Part shown: piece by piece, positions 26,561 to 35,377 of the stretch | Position numbering within the stretch: position 1 is the first letter of the stretch | Layout: each line of letters starts with the position of its first letter | Source: Bdellovibrionia bacterium | GTDB taxonomy: Bacteria > Bdellovibrionota > UBA1018 | DNA length: 56,350 bases | NCBI GenBank assembly: GCA_045805065.1 | Contig: JBJMMA010000106.1 | Span: 1-56,350, forward strand | Direction: 5' to 3' | Translations under genes and position numbers: made by a program | The notes under the pieces: model-generated | Seen by the model: only the letters and a program-made list of their open reading frames with translations | Database searches by the model: none | What the model was told of the DNA's origin: nothing

Positions 26561-27403
26561 ATGCGAAGACTTGTGATCACACTTATGAGTTTCTCCCTCG
26601 TGGCGACGTACTCTGCGTTCGCACAGGACGATGCCAGCGTGTCTACGGACAATCAGGCGGGGATTTCCGCTAATGATCAGGGAAATGTAACTAACGATCA
26701 GAATCAATCAGATCAGCAGAATGCAGGATTGCAGAGCAGCGATATGCAAAGCAATCAGGCTGGAACGACGGCTGATAACACGGGTGTGTCAGTAGCACCT
26801 GCGCCAGAAGCTAACAAGAAGAAGACCTTGGTTGACGAAAAAATCGGTCTGAAACCTCAGCTCGGTGTCGTGAATTATCGCGACGCTAGTAACGCTAAGT
26901 CGAATCGCGCTTTATACGGCGCGACCATTGACTTCAATATGGCTGGCTTTGTAAACAAAGAAATGGACACGGAACATCTGACTGGACTCTTTATTGGTCC
27001 ACAGACCGGCTTCCTCTACTCACACATCGGTGCAGTGGGTGGTGGATTCTTCGGTGAAAGCGGCGCTCAAGGCGGTACTCCAGGAGTTCCAAACAGTAAT
27101 GCTGGCGCCAACATGTTCCTGCTTCCAGCGAACTTGAAGGCAGGTTGGACTGCTTATGGATTCCGTCTCTCGGCTCACGGCGGTGGTAACGTCATCTATC
27201 GTTCCGCAGCAAACTCTATCTTGGTTGGTGTGAACACGCCTAACACTCCAAACTCCAAGTGGGGCATCCTGCCAGACGCAGGTGCTGAGCTTGAATACGG
27301 TGTCTTGAACGGCGGAGCAATCTTGGTCCGCTCCGACTGGACCTTTGGCGGAAGCAACACGATGTTCACTGGAACCGTCGGTTATTCTATGCCACTCGGC
27401 TAA
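26561..27403 (+). CDS. outer-membrane beta-barrel-like protein with a Q/N/D-rich N-terminal region
   Basis: Signal peptide MRRLVITLMSFSLVATYSAFA. Low-complexity NDQ segment, then a Gly/aromatic-rich strand pattern. Confidence 0.5.
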   Translation: MRRLVITLMSFSLVATYSAFAQDDASVSTDNQAGISANDQGNVTNDQNQSDQQNAGLQSSDMQSNQAGTTADNTGVSVAPAPEANKKKTLVDEKIGLKPQLGVVNYRDASNAKSNRALYGATIDFNMAGFVNKEMDTEHLTGLFIGPQTGFLYSHIGAVGGGFFGESGAQGGTPGVPNSNAGANMFLLPANLKAGWTAYGFRLSAHGGGNVIYRSAANSILVGVNTPNTPNSKWGILPDAGAELEYGVLNGGAILVRSDWTFGGSNTMFTGTVGYSMPLG

Positions 27404-27438
27404 TCTGAACGAGCGTTGTATTGAGGACAACAGCAAGG

Positions 27439-27470
27439 CCGGCTTCGGGAAACCGAGGCCGGTTTTGTTT
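27439..27470 (+). terminator. rho-independent terminator (GAAA tetraloop)
   Basis: CCGGCTTCGG-gaaa-CCGAGGCCGG (10 bp, one G-U pair) followed by TTTTGTTT. Confidence 0.6.
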
Positions 27471-29328
27471 ATAGCCCTTCGCGAAGATTCTGGATCAGCT
27501 CGAGGTTCTGCTCAACAAGCTTTCGCGCCTTGCCACGAGGCAAAGCAGGAGAGCCCGGCGTGTTCTGACTGCGGCTCACCGGAACAAACTGCTGATTTTG
27601 AGCCATGACATCAATTACCTGATAGACGTGCGCGGCTGACATCTGCCTGAGGTTCCGGATCAGGGACTGCGTGACCTTGATTGTGGCATCGCCTGTAATG
27701 CGATCGGAGCGATTGATGATGGAGGAGCGCATGCAGAGCTCAAGCAGAATGCGCTTGGTGCTTCCTGCGTAAAAATGATCGGCAGCGTGCTGAACAAGGT
27801 CGAGATAGGATTTTTGAAAAAGCTCGACTTCGCGCAAGCGATAAGGACTCAGAGCCACGTCGCGTCTCTTGGCGTAACTTGCGCGGATAATCTCAATGAA
27901 TCGCTCGGCGCTCAGGAGCTTGGGTTCCTGAAGCCAGAGCTTCGGAAACTCGCGCATGATTTCGCGCATGCAGAAAACAGCGTCGCGCGTAATACCATCC
28001 GGCACGCGGTAGGCTTTTTTCTTGGACTGGGTTCTCTCAAAGTAAGCGTAATGCTTTCTGAAACTTTCAATGGCTCCCATATGCGAGTGCAGGAGGTAGG
28101 AGCGCTGCTTTTCCGAAAACCCCATCTTCTGCAGGATCAAATCATTGAGAGTTTTTTGGAAATGACGCTCAAAAAGCTGGAGAAGGGGATCGTTCCTGTA
28201 GCGGCGGATGTTTCGCTTTCGGCCCGTGATCAGGAAGTCCCGGATCTGCGCGAAATTCTGAACAATGTAGCGCGCCTTGGCTTTTTGCTCAGGAAGGTTT
28301 GTGGAGTAACGATCCACGTCCTCATAACGGTAGCCGCGATGATAAAGACCGAACTGGCGAACGGAGCCATAATCAATGATCCCGCCATTGGCCAGAATGT
28401 TATCGCCGTCCCAATCGAGCCAGCAGAAGATGTAGTTGCTCTCAAAGAGGGCAGCGGTTCTCGCAAACGTCAACGCCATCTGCTCAGCCATGAACTCATA
28501 GCGTTTGCGTTTATCGCGCAGGCTATCGGGCGCCTGCCAGGTACCATTGGCGATCTGGCGATCGATGAAAAAATCAATGGAGCCGCGAAGACCCTCAAGC
28601 GCGCCTTGCTTGAGATGATGAAAGAAGTGAGAAGGCCTGAGAAGACATTTGGATGCGCGCACATTGATGGAGGTCCCATCGCGGAAAGCGACGATGGCAA
28701 GCGTTCGCTCGGTTGGAACTCCGTTGCGATGAAAGATCTCACTCATGAGTGCTGCGCTGATGCCTTCATCCAAAGTGTTGTAGCCGTTACCGTAACCCAC
28801 GCTGCGGTCGCCGGTCTTGAAGTATTTCTTTTCCTGCGCACACGCTGGGCTCAAGCAAGTTGCCCCGGTGCCCGAGCTTGAGACGTCCCAGCTCGTGCCG
28901 CGGTATTTAAAACAACCATTCCAGATGCCGCGGCCATCGCCTGAGGTCTTTCCGCGCTTGTCCGGATGTTGAAGCTGAAGATAGCGCGTGGCCATGTACT
29001 TGTTCGGCCGGATGTCTTTCTTGGGATATTGAATATTATGGATCTGGTCATACTCATTGATGATGACCAGGCTGAATGTTTCCAGAATTTTTGCGCTAAG
29101 CTTTGCAGTCAATTGCTCGGGATGATCTGAAGGAATAAGTCCCATTTCTTTTGCGAGCAGGAAATTAAAGAAGGCAACGCGTCCACCATGGCGAGTGCGA
29201 ACAGGATAATCGACGTATCCGTTCGGCACGGCTTCTTTGAAAGGATGGCTTCCATCGATTCGATCAAAGAGCGTGTAGGAGTTGTCTGAGGTGAGTTGTG
29301 CGGTTTTCACAACTCTCTCTTCGGACAA
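27469..29328 (-). CDS. divergent SelO/YdiU-like (UPF0061) pseudokinase-fold protein, putative AMPylase
   Basis: TSGDGRGIW, SSSGTGAT, EGISAALMSEIFHRNGVPTERTLAIV, LLRPSHFFHH and LDWDGDNILANGGIIDYGS align by eye with E. coli SelO LGDGRG, LKGAGLTP, ASEAMHYLGIPTTRALSIV, APSHLRFGHF and [20 protein letters not shown]. TTG start. About 200-aa extra C-terminal region. Confidence 0.6.
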   Translation of the reverse strand: MSEERVVKTAQLTSDNSYTLFDRIDGSHPFKEAVPNGYVDYPVRTRHGGRVAFFNFLLAKEMGLIPSDHPEQLTAKLSAKILETFSLVIINEYDQIHNIQYPKKDIRPNKYMATRYLQLQHPDKRGKTSGDGRGIWNGCFKYRGTSWDVSSSGTGATCLSPACAQEKKYFKTGDRSVGYGNGYNTLDEGISAALMSEIFHRNGVPTERTLAIVAFRDGTSINVRASKCLLRPSHFFHHLKQGALEGLRGSIDFFIDRQIANGTWQAPDSLRDKRKRYEFMAEQMALTFARTAALFESNYIFCWLDWDGDNILANGGIIDYGSVRQFGLYHRGYRYEDVDRYSTNLPEQKAKARYIVQNFAQIRDFLITGRKRNIRRYRNDPLLQLFERHFQKTLNDLILQKMGFSEKQRSYLLHSHMGAIESFRKHYAYFERTQSKKKAYRVPDGITRDAVFCMREIMREFPKLWLQEPKLLSAERFIEIIRASYAKRRDVALSPYRLREVELFQKSYLDLVQHAADHFYAGSTKRILLELCMRSSIINRSDRITGDATIKVTQSLIRNLRQMSAAHVYQVIDVMAQNQQFVPVSRSQNTPGSPALPRGKARKLVEQNLELIQNLREGL

Positions 29329-29388
29329 GACATTGAAAGAGTTTAATTTTTCCCTTATTTGTTGAATGACTTCGGTCGATGAGTCAGG

Positions 29389-30060
29389 GTGAAACTCGTT
29401 CTATACTCAGGTGGACAGCAGCGCTCCAATCAGGAGTTGCATCAGGAACTGATGAATCTGACCGGTAAACGCCGGAATATCAGCCTGACTTACGTGCCCT
29501 TTTGCGCCGATAATGCTGAAATCTTTTTCCGCCGGATTTCAAAGAGGTTTCAAAGATTTGGCGCCTCTCGCTTTCAATGCCTTCCCCTGGATCTTCCTCA
29601 TGCGCCAACGCCGGATGAGATCAAAAGAGCCTTCAGCAGTGATGTCGTTTATTTGGCGGGAGGAAACACATTCTACTTTCTTCATTGGATCAAAAAAAGA
29701 AAGCTGCTCGGGACTCTACGCAATTATGTGAAAGATGGTGGGGTGCTTGCGGGTCTCAGTGCTGGCGCTCACATGATGACGCCTCACATCGGCCTGGCGG
29801 GCCTCAAGGGGCTTGATCCTGATGAGAATGAGATTGGCCTGAAATCCTTGAGTGCGCTGGGATTAGTGGACTTTGAGTTCATGCCTCATTTTTATGAGAG
29901 CCGCCATAGCTTGAGAGTCATGCGCAACTATTCAGAGAAGAGCAGAACCACGATTTACGCTTGTGCCGATGGTGGCGGAATCGTGATCCATGGGCATCTT
30001 TTTTCAGTCTTGGGACGCTCCTGGGTCTTTCACGACGGTGATTGGCTTAAGCTCACCTGA
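29389..30060 (+). CDS. peptidase S51 (dipeptidase E-like) family protein
   Basis: VVYLAGGNTFYFLHWIKKRKL and GGVLAGLSAGAHMM (nucleophile Ser context) match the PepE/cyanophycinase-like pattern. GTG start. Confidence 0.7.
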   Translation: MKLVLYSGGQQRSNQELHQELMNLTGKRRNISLTYVPFCADNAEIFFRRISKRFQRFGASRFQCLPLDLPHAPTPDEIKRAFSSDVVYLAGGNTFYFLHWIKKRKLLGTLRNYVKDGGVLAGLSAGAHMMTPHIGLAGLKGLDPDENEIGLKSLSALGLVDFEFMPHFYESRHSLRVMRNYSEKSRTTIYACADGGGIVIHGHLFSVLGRSWVFHDGDWLKLT

Positions 30061-30076
30061 TCACCTGATTTGATGA

Positions 30077-30493
30077 TCAGGCTGCCCGGCCCATTTTCTT
30101 TCGAATCAGTTTTTCGCCAAAATTATCGAGCTGCTTTTTAATATCTTCGATTGATTCGCGCACATGATCGACCGTGAATGTCGGGTCTTGAGCCATGGTC
30201 AATGCGCGTGATGCCTCTTCAATGACTTGCATGAAGATTTCAAGATTGGCTTCCTGAACAGGCGTTCGCCGTCTTTCAAGCGACTCGAAATCATGAACGA
30301 TGATTTCCGTCCGGCCCCCATGGCCATGGATGGCTTTCACGTCATCCAGCGATTGGTAAAATGCCACGCTGCTTCTTTGAGAAATCCAGCGCAGTGCACA
30401 CCATCCGTTGGAAAACTGGACTCCTTCGACCACAGGACCTGTTCCGCTGACACCGCTATGGTCTTCGATGCGATAAAAGTGAAATAGCTTCAT
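30077..30493 (-). CDS. conserved hypothetical protein
   Basis: The N-terminal domain DHSGVSGTGPVVEGVQFSNGWCALRW....VAFYQSLDDVKAIHGHGGRTEIIV resembles a small domain I recall from phage and actinobacterial hypotheticals. Helical C-terminus. Confidence 0.5.
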   Translation of the reverse strand: MKLFHFYRIEDHSGVSGTGPVVEGVQFSNGWCALRWISQRSSVAFYQSLDDVKAIHGHGGRTEIIVHDFESLERRRTPVQEANLEIFMQVIEEASRALTMAQDPTFTVDHVRESIEDIKKQLDNFGEKLIRKKMGRAA

Positions 30494-30575
30494 ATCGGCC
30501 CACCTGCCCGGTTCATCCCGTTAAGGAGGACAGATTGCAGGATCAAAGCCAACGCGGCGCAAAGGAACGAGAGGC

Positions 30576-31712
30576 CTAAGCGCTCTTTTTAACAGGAGTT
30601 GGTGGGGTGGCAGGAGTTGGTGCCTGAGAACTGGACGAGGGTGAACTTCCACCGGCTGGCGCCCATTGCTGAAAGATATTCTTGTCGTTCGCGTACTCCC
30701 ACGCATCAGCACCGGCGATGTCGCCGCTTTTGATCAGATCCAGCATGACTTGATCGCCGACCTGCATGCCTTCTTTCTTGCCCGTTTGTTGAACGGAGAG
30801 AATCTGGAAGGTTTTGCCTTCGCGAATCAGGTTAGCTGATGCGGCCGTATTGACCAGAATGTCGTGAACGCAAACGCGGCGTCTGCGGTCAGCCGATGGA
30901 ACGAGCTTTTGCGCAATGACGACCTTCAAGGTCTCTGACAAGACAGTGCGAATCTGAGTCTGCTCTTCGGCAGGAAACGTATTGATGATACGGTCGATCG
31001 TTTTGGAAGCCGAGTTCGTGTGCAGCGTCGAGAAAACTAGATGTCCCGTTTCGGCAGCCTTGAGAGCAAGTGCCACCGTCTCAGGATCGCGCATTTCGCC
31101 GACCAGAATGACGTCCGGGTCTTCACGAAGCGCGGCTTTCATTGCCGATGAAAAGCTGTTGAAGTGTTGTCCCATGGAGCGTTGATTCACCATGGACATT
31201 TTGCTTTCGTGCTGAAACTCGATCGGATCTTCAAGAGTCAGGATGTGGCCCTTGGTGGTCTGATTGATGTAATTGATCATCGCGGCCAGCGTGGTTGATT
31301 TACCGGAACCCGTTGGTCCGGTCACGAGCACAAGGCCGTTGTTGTAAGAGCACGCGGTTCTGCAGATCTCAGGAAGTTTCAAATCATCAATGGTCGGAGG
31401 CTGTTCCGCCAAGACACGCATGACGACTGACATTCCATGTCTTTGTTGAAACAAGTTCACACGGAAAATCCCGACGCCGGATGCCTTGAAAGCAAAGTCG
31501 ATGTTCTTTTCTTTGACGAGCTCGCTTTTCTGCTCGTGGCTTGTGATCTGGGATGCCATTGCTTCGACTTCTGCTGCCGTCAAAGGAGGCGAGTTCAGTT
31601 TCACCATATCCCCTCGGACGCGAATCATCGGTACCGAGTTCGCGGCAAGGTGCAAGTCAGAGCCCTTGTTCTGGACCATGGTCTGCAGGAGTTGCATGAG
31701 GGTCAGTGCCAT
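30576..31712 (-). CDS. pilT: type IV pilus retraction ATPase PilT
   Basis: GSDLHL, Walker A GPTGSGKSTT, Asp box ILTLEDPIEF, Walker B ILVGEMRD and His box TGHLVFSTLHT. Carries an about 30-aa Ser/Pro/Thr-rich C-terminal tail. Confidence 0.9.
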   Translation of the reverse strand: MALTLMQLLQTMVQNKGSDLHLAANSVPMIRVRGDMVKLNSPPLTAAEVEAMASQITSHEQKSELVKEKNIDFAFKASGVGIFRVNLFQQRHGMSVVMRVLAEQPPTIDDLKLPEICRTACSYNNGLVLVTGPTGSGKSTTLAAMINYINQTTKGHILTLEDPIEFQHESKMSMVNQRSMGQHFNSFSSAMKAALREDPDVILVGEMRDPETVALALKAAETGHLVFSTLHTNSASKTIDRIINTFPAEEQTQIRTVLSETLKVVIAQKLVPSADRRRRVCVHDILVNTAASANLIREGKTFQILSVQQTGKKEGMQVGDQVMLDLIKSGDIAGADAWEYANDKNIFQQWAPAGGSSPSSSSQAPTPATPPTPVKKSA

Positions 31713-31804
31713 ACTCTACTTATCGGCCCTATTCCTAAAATCTTAATAGAGGGCTTGCCAGAGGAGCCCGGTCTCTGCGAAAGTGAGCTCGCTGAGGTAA
31801 ATCT

Positions 31805-32527
31805 ATGAAAAGGTTAGTACTTTTTGACATCGACGGAACGCTTTTGCACGGGGGGACGCTCTGGCGTGAGTGTTTTGAGGGGGCTTTTCAAGCCTGTTTT
31901 CCGGATGTCGTTGTCAAGAAAGTAGGCTTTAACGGCAAAACGGATCCTCAGATTTGCCACGAGCTCATGGGAGAAAAGCCGCTTGCTGCTGCCCAAGCTT
32001 ATGCCCAAACTTATGCAATGTCTAATTCCGTGCAAATGATTTTGGACGAGTATTTAGATCGTGTTGAAAAAGCATTGCCCACTCGTGCAAACGAAGTCGA
32101 GGCGCTTCCAGGTACACACGATCTATTAAGAGAGCTCTCCAACATTGCAGGATTGCAATTGGGACTTCTCACCGGAAATGTGCGTCGCGGAGCCAAGATC
32201 AAGCTTAGGGCCGCGAAAATGGATCACTTTTTTGATTTCGGTGAGTACGGTGCGTTTGGCGATGATCACTGGGATCGGTATTGCCTTCCACGGATTGCGG
32301 CGAGTCGCGCAATGAAAAGAGATGGAATCGAATATCGGGGAAAAGAGATCGTTGTGATCGGTGACACGATCCATGATGTAAATTGCGGGAAATCCATCGG
32401 AGTGCGATCGATTGCGGTAGGCACTGGCAGAAACGTGGATCGCGCTGAGCTTCTTGCGGCGCAACCTGATCATTTTTTCGAGAATTTAAGCGATATTTCT
32501 GCAGTTTTGCACGCAATCTCCTCGTAA
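31805..32527 (+). CDS. HAD-superfamily hydrolase (phosphoglycolate phosphatase-like)
   Basis: Motif I LFDIDGTLL, motif II LLTGN, motif IV VIGDTIHDV. Confidence 0.75.
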   Translation: MKRLVLFDIDGTLLHGGTLWRECFEGAFQACFPDVVVKKVGFNGKTDPQICHELMGEKPLAAAQAYAQTYAMSNSVQMILDEYLDRVEKALPTRANEVEALPGTHDLLRELSNIAGLQLGLLTGNVRRGAKIKLRAAKMDHFFDFGEYGAFGDDHWDRYCLPRIAASRAMKRDGIEYRGKEIVVIGDTIHDVNCGKSIGVRSIAVGTGRNVDRAELLAAQPDHFFENLSDISAVLHAISS

Positions 32528-32722
32528 CACTCCTTAAGCAAATCTCACTTTGAGTCTTCATCGCACTCTCCGTGGCACTTCGGTTGCAGATGCCCGAAGT
32601 AACTGAAAACTGAATAGCTCTTCCCGAAAGTCGGGGTCGATCTCCATCGGCCGCGGCTTTTTGTAAGAGTGCTGACAGGTCGGGAAGGATCCTGACTGAG
32701 ATTTCTTAAGGAGACACTTACT

Positions 32723-33364
32723 ATGAAGCGCATGATTTCCGCTGTTTTCGCTGGCATGGCCGCAATTGCATTCACTTTGTCTGGCGCGTCTTTCGCGCAG
32801 ACCACCACTGACAACACCAACGCTAACACGAACCAACAGCCAGGCACCGTGAGCACGAGTGCTGGTCAGAAGGCAGGCCAGAAGGCTGGCCAAGCAGCCG
32901 GCCAGAAGGCTGGTCAAAAGGCCGGCCAAAAAGCTGGTCAGTCCGCTGGTCAGAAGGCAGGCCAAGCTGCAGGTCAGAAGGCCGGTCAGAAGGCAGGCCA
33001 GAAGGCTGGTCAGGCTGCAGGTCAGAAAGCTGGACAGGCAGCAGGCCAGAAGGCAGGCGTAGCAGGTCAGAAGGCTGGACAGAAAGCCGGCCAAGCCGCT
33101 GGTCAAAAAGCTGGTCAGGTCGCTGGTCAGAAAGCTGGCCAAAAAGCAGGACAAGCAGCCGGCCAGAAGGCAGGCGTAGCAGGTCAGAAAGCTGGCCAAA
33201 AAGCTGGTCAAGCTGCAGGACAGAAGGCAGGCCAGGCAGCTGGTCAGAAGGCAGGCCAGAAGGCTGGACAGGCTGCAGGTCAGAAGGCAGGCCAGAAGGC
33301 TGGACAATCGGCATCCAAGGCAGGTCAGAAAGCTGGAGTTTCGTCCTCCACCGCGACGTACTAA
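32723..33364 (+). CDS. secreted low-complexity protein built from about 37 AGQK/AGQA tetrapeptide repeats
   Basis: SD AAGGAG upstream. Signal peptide MKRMISAVFAGMAAIAFTLSGASFA-QT. The remainder is almost entirely AGQ[KASV] repeats. A terminator follows the gene. Confidence 0.7.
   Translation: MKRMISAVFAGMAAIAFTLSGASFAQTTTDNTNANTNQQPGTVSTSAGQKAGQKAGQAAGQKAGQKAGQKAGQSAGQKAGQAAGQKAGQKAGQKAGQAAGQKAGQAAGQKAGVAGQKAGQKAGQAAGQKAGQVAGQKAGQKAGQAAGQKAGVAGQKAGQKAGQAAGQKAGQAAGQKAGQKAGQAAGQKAGQKAGQSASKAGQKAGVSSSTATY
32861..33340 (+). repeat. 12-nt periodic coding repeat array with a 120-nt higher-order period
   Basis: GCNGGNCARAAR-type units. GGCGTAGCAGGTCAGAA recurs at about 33056 and about 33176. Synonymous positions vary between units. 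Confidence 0.9.
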
Positions 33365-33392
33365 GTCGAATACCCAGTACTGACTACTTAAG

Positions 33393-33429
33393 ACGGACGC
33401 TTCCTTTAATGGAGCGTCCGTTTCTTTTT
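33393..33429 (+). terminator. rho-independent terminator
   Basis: Stem ACGGACGCT / AGCGTCCGT followed by TTCTTTTT. Confidence 0.65.
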
Positions 33430-33583
33430 GCCTCGCCTTTTAATTCGGCCAATTTTTAATTTCGCTCCAATATTCTTTAAGGCATAATTAAGTAGCTTAA
33501 TTGAGTCATTGGATATTTTCGCAGGTCCTGCAAAATGAGTCTTTAAGCACCTTGTAGGTATTCAAAGAATGAGAAGACGTTCT

Positions 33584-33817
33584 ATGGCGAACAAAAACCA
33601 GACTGGCAATGGCACTCTCGTAGCCCTGGGACAACGCATTTTTGAAGTGAGAAAGAAAAAAGGGATCACCCTCGACGAACTCTCCCTTCGCATGCAAATC
33701 AGCAAAGGTAATCTTTCCGATATTGAGCGCGGCAAGCGTGATCCCCGTTTTCAGACACTGAAAGCGATCGCTGAGGGACTTGGGCTGAAGCTTCAAGCCC
33801 TCATTAAAGATCTCTAA
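33584..33817 (+). CDS. XRE-family HTH transcriptional regulator
   Basis: LGQRIFEVRKKKGITLDELSLRMQISKGNLSDIERGKRDPRFQTLKAIAEGLG matches the HTH_3 pattern. Confidence 0.75.
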   Translation: MANKNQTGNGTLVALGQRIFEVRKKKGITLDELSLRMQISKGNLSDIERGKRDPRFQTLKAIAEGLGLKLQALIKDL

Positions 33818-33825
33818 AAAGATCT

Positions 33826-34461
33826 CTAAGCAATTCGGGCTTGAGCTGCGGACCGGCGAACATCATCGGACATCAGAGGCGCTGGGCGCGACATCAGTTC
33901 GATGAATCCGCTGTTGAACGCGACAAGGTCTGATGGCTGGCGACTGGTCACCCAGTTCGCGTCAAACACCGCGCCTTGATCCACCCAGTTTCCGCCGGCG
34001 TTCTTGATGTCATCTTTGATTGCGTAATAACTGGTAAGCGTTCTACCACGGACCAGGCCCGCAGAGATCAGGATCCAGGGCGCATGACAGATGATGCCCA
34101 TGGGCTTTTCCGCAGCCTGAATTTCCTGCACGAACTTGATCACCAGAGGGTCAGCGCGCATCCGATCGGCATTGAGCGCACCACCCGGCAGGATCAGGCC
34201 GTGGTAGTTATCAGCATTTGCCATCTCCTGATCGAGATAAAGATCGACAGGGACAGACGTGGCCTTGTTCATGTGATGAAAACCTTGGATACGTTGTGAA
34301 TCAATTCCAAGTTGTTGAGCTTCATCGCGAGCGCTTGGGGGCGCAATCACATCGACGTGCGCACCGGTCTGCCTGACGGCACGCAGTGGCTCCGTAAGCT
34401 CGAGTTCTTCAAAACCATGAGTGGCCAGCACAGCAATTCGCAGTTGGGTGAAATTGACCAT
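33826..34461 (-). CDS. DJ-1/PfpI-family (type 1 glutamine amidotransferase-like) protein
   Basis: IAVLATHGFEELELTEP, LILPGG, and the nucleophile elbow GIICHAPWIL. Confidence 0.85.
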   Translation of the reverse strand: MVNFTQLRIAVLATHGFEELELTEPLRAVRQTGAHVDVIAPPSARDEAQQLGIDSQRIQGFHHMNKATSVPVDLYLDQEMANADNYHGLILPGGALNADRMRADPLVIKFVQEIQAAEKPMGIICHAPWILISAGLVRGRTLTSYYAIKDDIKNAGGNWVDQGAVFDANWVTSRQPSDLVAFNSGFIELMSRPAPLMSDDVRRSAAQARIA

Positions 34462-34506
34462 AGTTGTTCTCCGTGCATCAGAATGCTGCGAAAGCTATAC
34501 CGAAGC

Positions 34507-35361
34507 TTAGCGTAAGCGAAATTGGCTGCTGGCTTGAATTTTTGCGAGCGCGATCTGCGAGTTGGCAGCATCGATATCCATGGGAAGAGGCTTTGAAGAT
34601 CTCAAAAGACGCTCGAGCCAGGGCATACCAAGTGGGTTCTTAAGATCCTTGAGCTGCGTAGAAGCAAGGGTTGTCTCGGCCTTGAGCTCGGTCTGCGCTC
34701 CGTATCCTACCGAAAAGCCTGAAAGCAAAAGCGCGGACCTGACAAAGGTTGCCGCACTATAAGTCGTCAGCACGGTCGATCGTCCTGAAGTGCGCCTGCT
34801 TTCGCATGAGCTAAAAAGCCGCTCAAAGCAACGAAGCGTCCAAAGCTGAGGCGCAGCTTTTGGAGAATAAAAGTCATAAAAGATCACTTCCGGGGCAGGC
34901 GACAATTCCTGATCCAGAAAGTCGCCAAACCGAAGCTCCCAGTGGATTTTTTCAGTTGGGCCAGCTGGGCTGATCCAGCTGCGATCTCTGATCAAAGCTT
35001 CAAGCTTTTCCCGGTGCCGCGCTTGGGTCGGAAAACTCTCAGGGTCCTTTAACGCAAGCTCAAGCCCATCGAGCGTGTTCTCAAAACTGACGATGTGCAA
35101 AGGGCGCGCGGTTTTTTGGGAGAGGGCAAGCTCAATGGCCGCAATCGCGTTTGAGGCAATTCCCATCCCGACATCATAAAGCACCAGGGGGGTTTGAATC
35201 GAAGCCTCGTCGCCCAGGCGATCGGCCAGCCCGCTTTGCTCAATATAGACTTTTTGAGCCTCGGCATCGGGTCCCACTTGAGAATGCATGGTCTCGCCCG
35301 CCTCAAGATCGCGGATTGAGGCCGTGCCGTTTTCGAAAACATGGACTTCGTGCCGGTTCAT
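34507..35361 (-). CDS. MnmD-like SAM-dependent tRNA (mnm5s2U34) methyltransferase domain protein
   Basis: [29 protein letters not shown] and [21 protein letters not shown] resemble the MnmC methyltransferase-domain (DUF752) motifs. Confidence 0.55.
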   Translation of the reverse strand: MNRHEVHVFENGTASIRDLEAGETMHSQVGPDAEAQKVYIEQSGLADRLGDEASIQTPLVLYDVGMGIASNAIAAIELALSQKTARPLHIVSFENTLDGLELALKDPESFPTQARHREKLEALIRDRSWISPAGPTEKIHWELRFGDFLDQELSPAPEVIFYDFYSPKAAPQLWTLRCFERLFSSCESRRTSGRSTVLTTYSAATFVRSALLLSGFSVGYGAQTELKAETTLASTQLKDLKNPLGMPWLERLLRSSKPLPMDIDAANSQIALAKIQASSQFRLR

Positions 35362-35377
35362 TTATATGGTGTCTACC

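Noticed and set aside
27775-28881. 368-aa plus-strand ORF antisense to the SelO-like gene. Similar antisense ORFs occur at 44087-44944 (prs), 45725-46540 (ychF) and 25193-25837 (znuA-like).
   Set aside because: In each case the opposite strand carries recognisable family motifs, and the antisense product has none.
32528-32722. 195-nt leader upstream of the AGQK-repeat gene, containing an ACTTCGG/CCGAAGT hairpin and a GC palindrome plus T-run. Considered as a riboswitch or sRNA.
   Set aside because: I recognise no conserved riboswitch core. The structures are short and could simply be the HAD gene terminator plus a 5' UTR.
32558-33314. Minus-strand ORFs (249 aa and 163 aa) and an alternative plus-frame ORF (32859-33062) across the AGQK repeat array.
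   Set aside because: They are artefacts of a 12-nt periodic sequence that stays open in several frames. Only the 32723 frame has an SD, a signal peptide and a downstream terminator.
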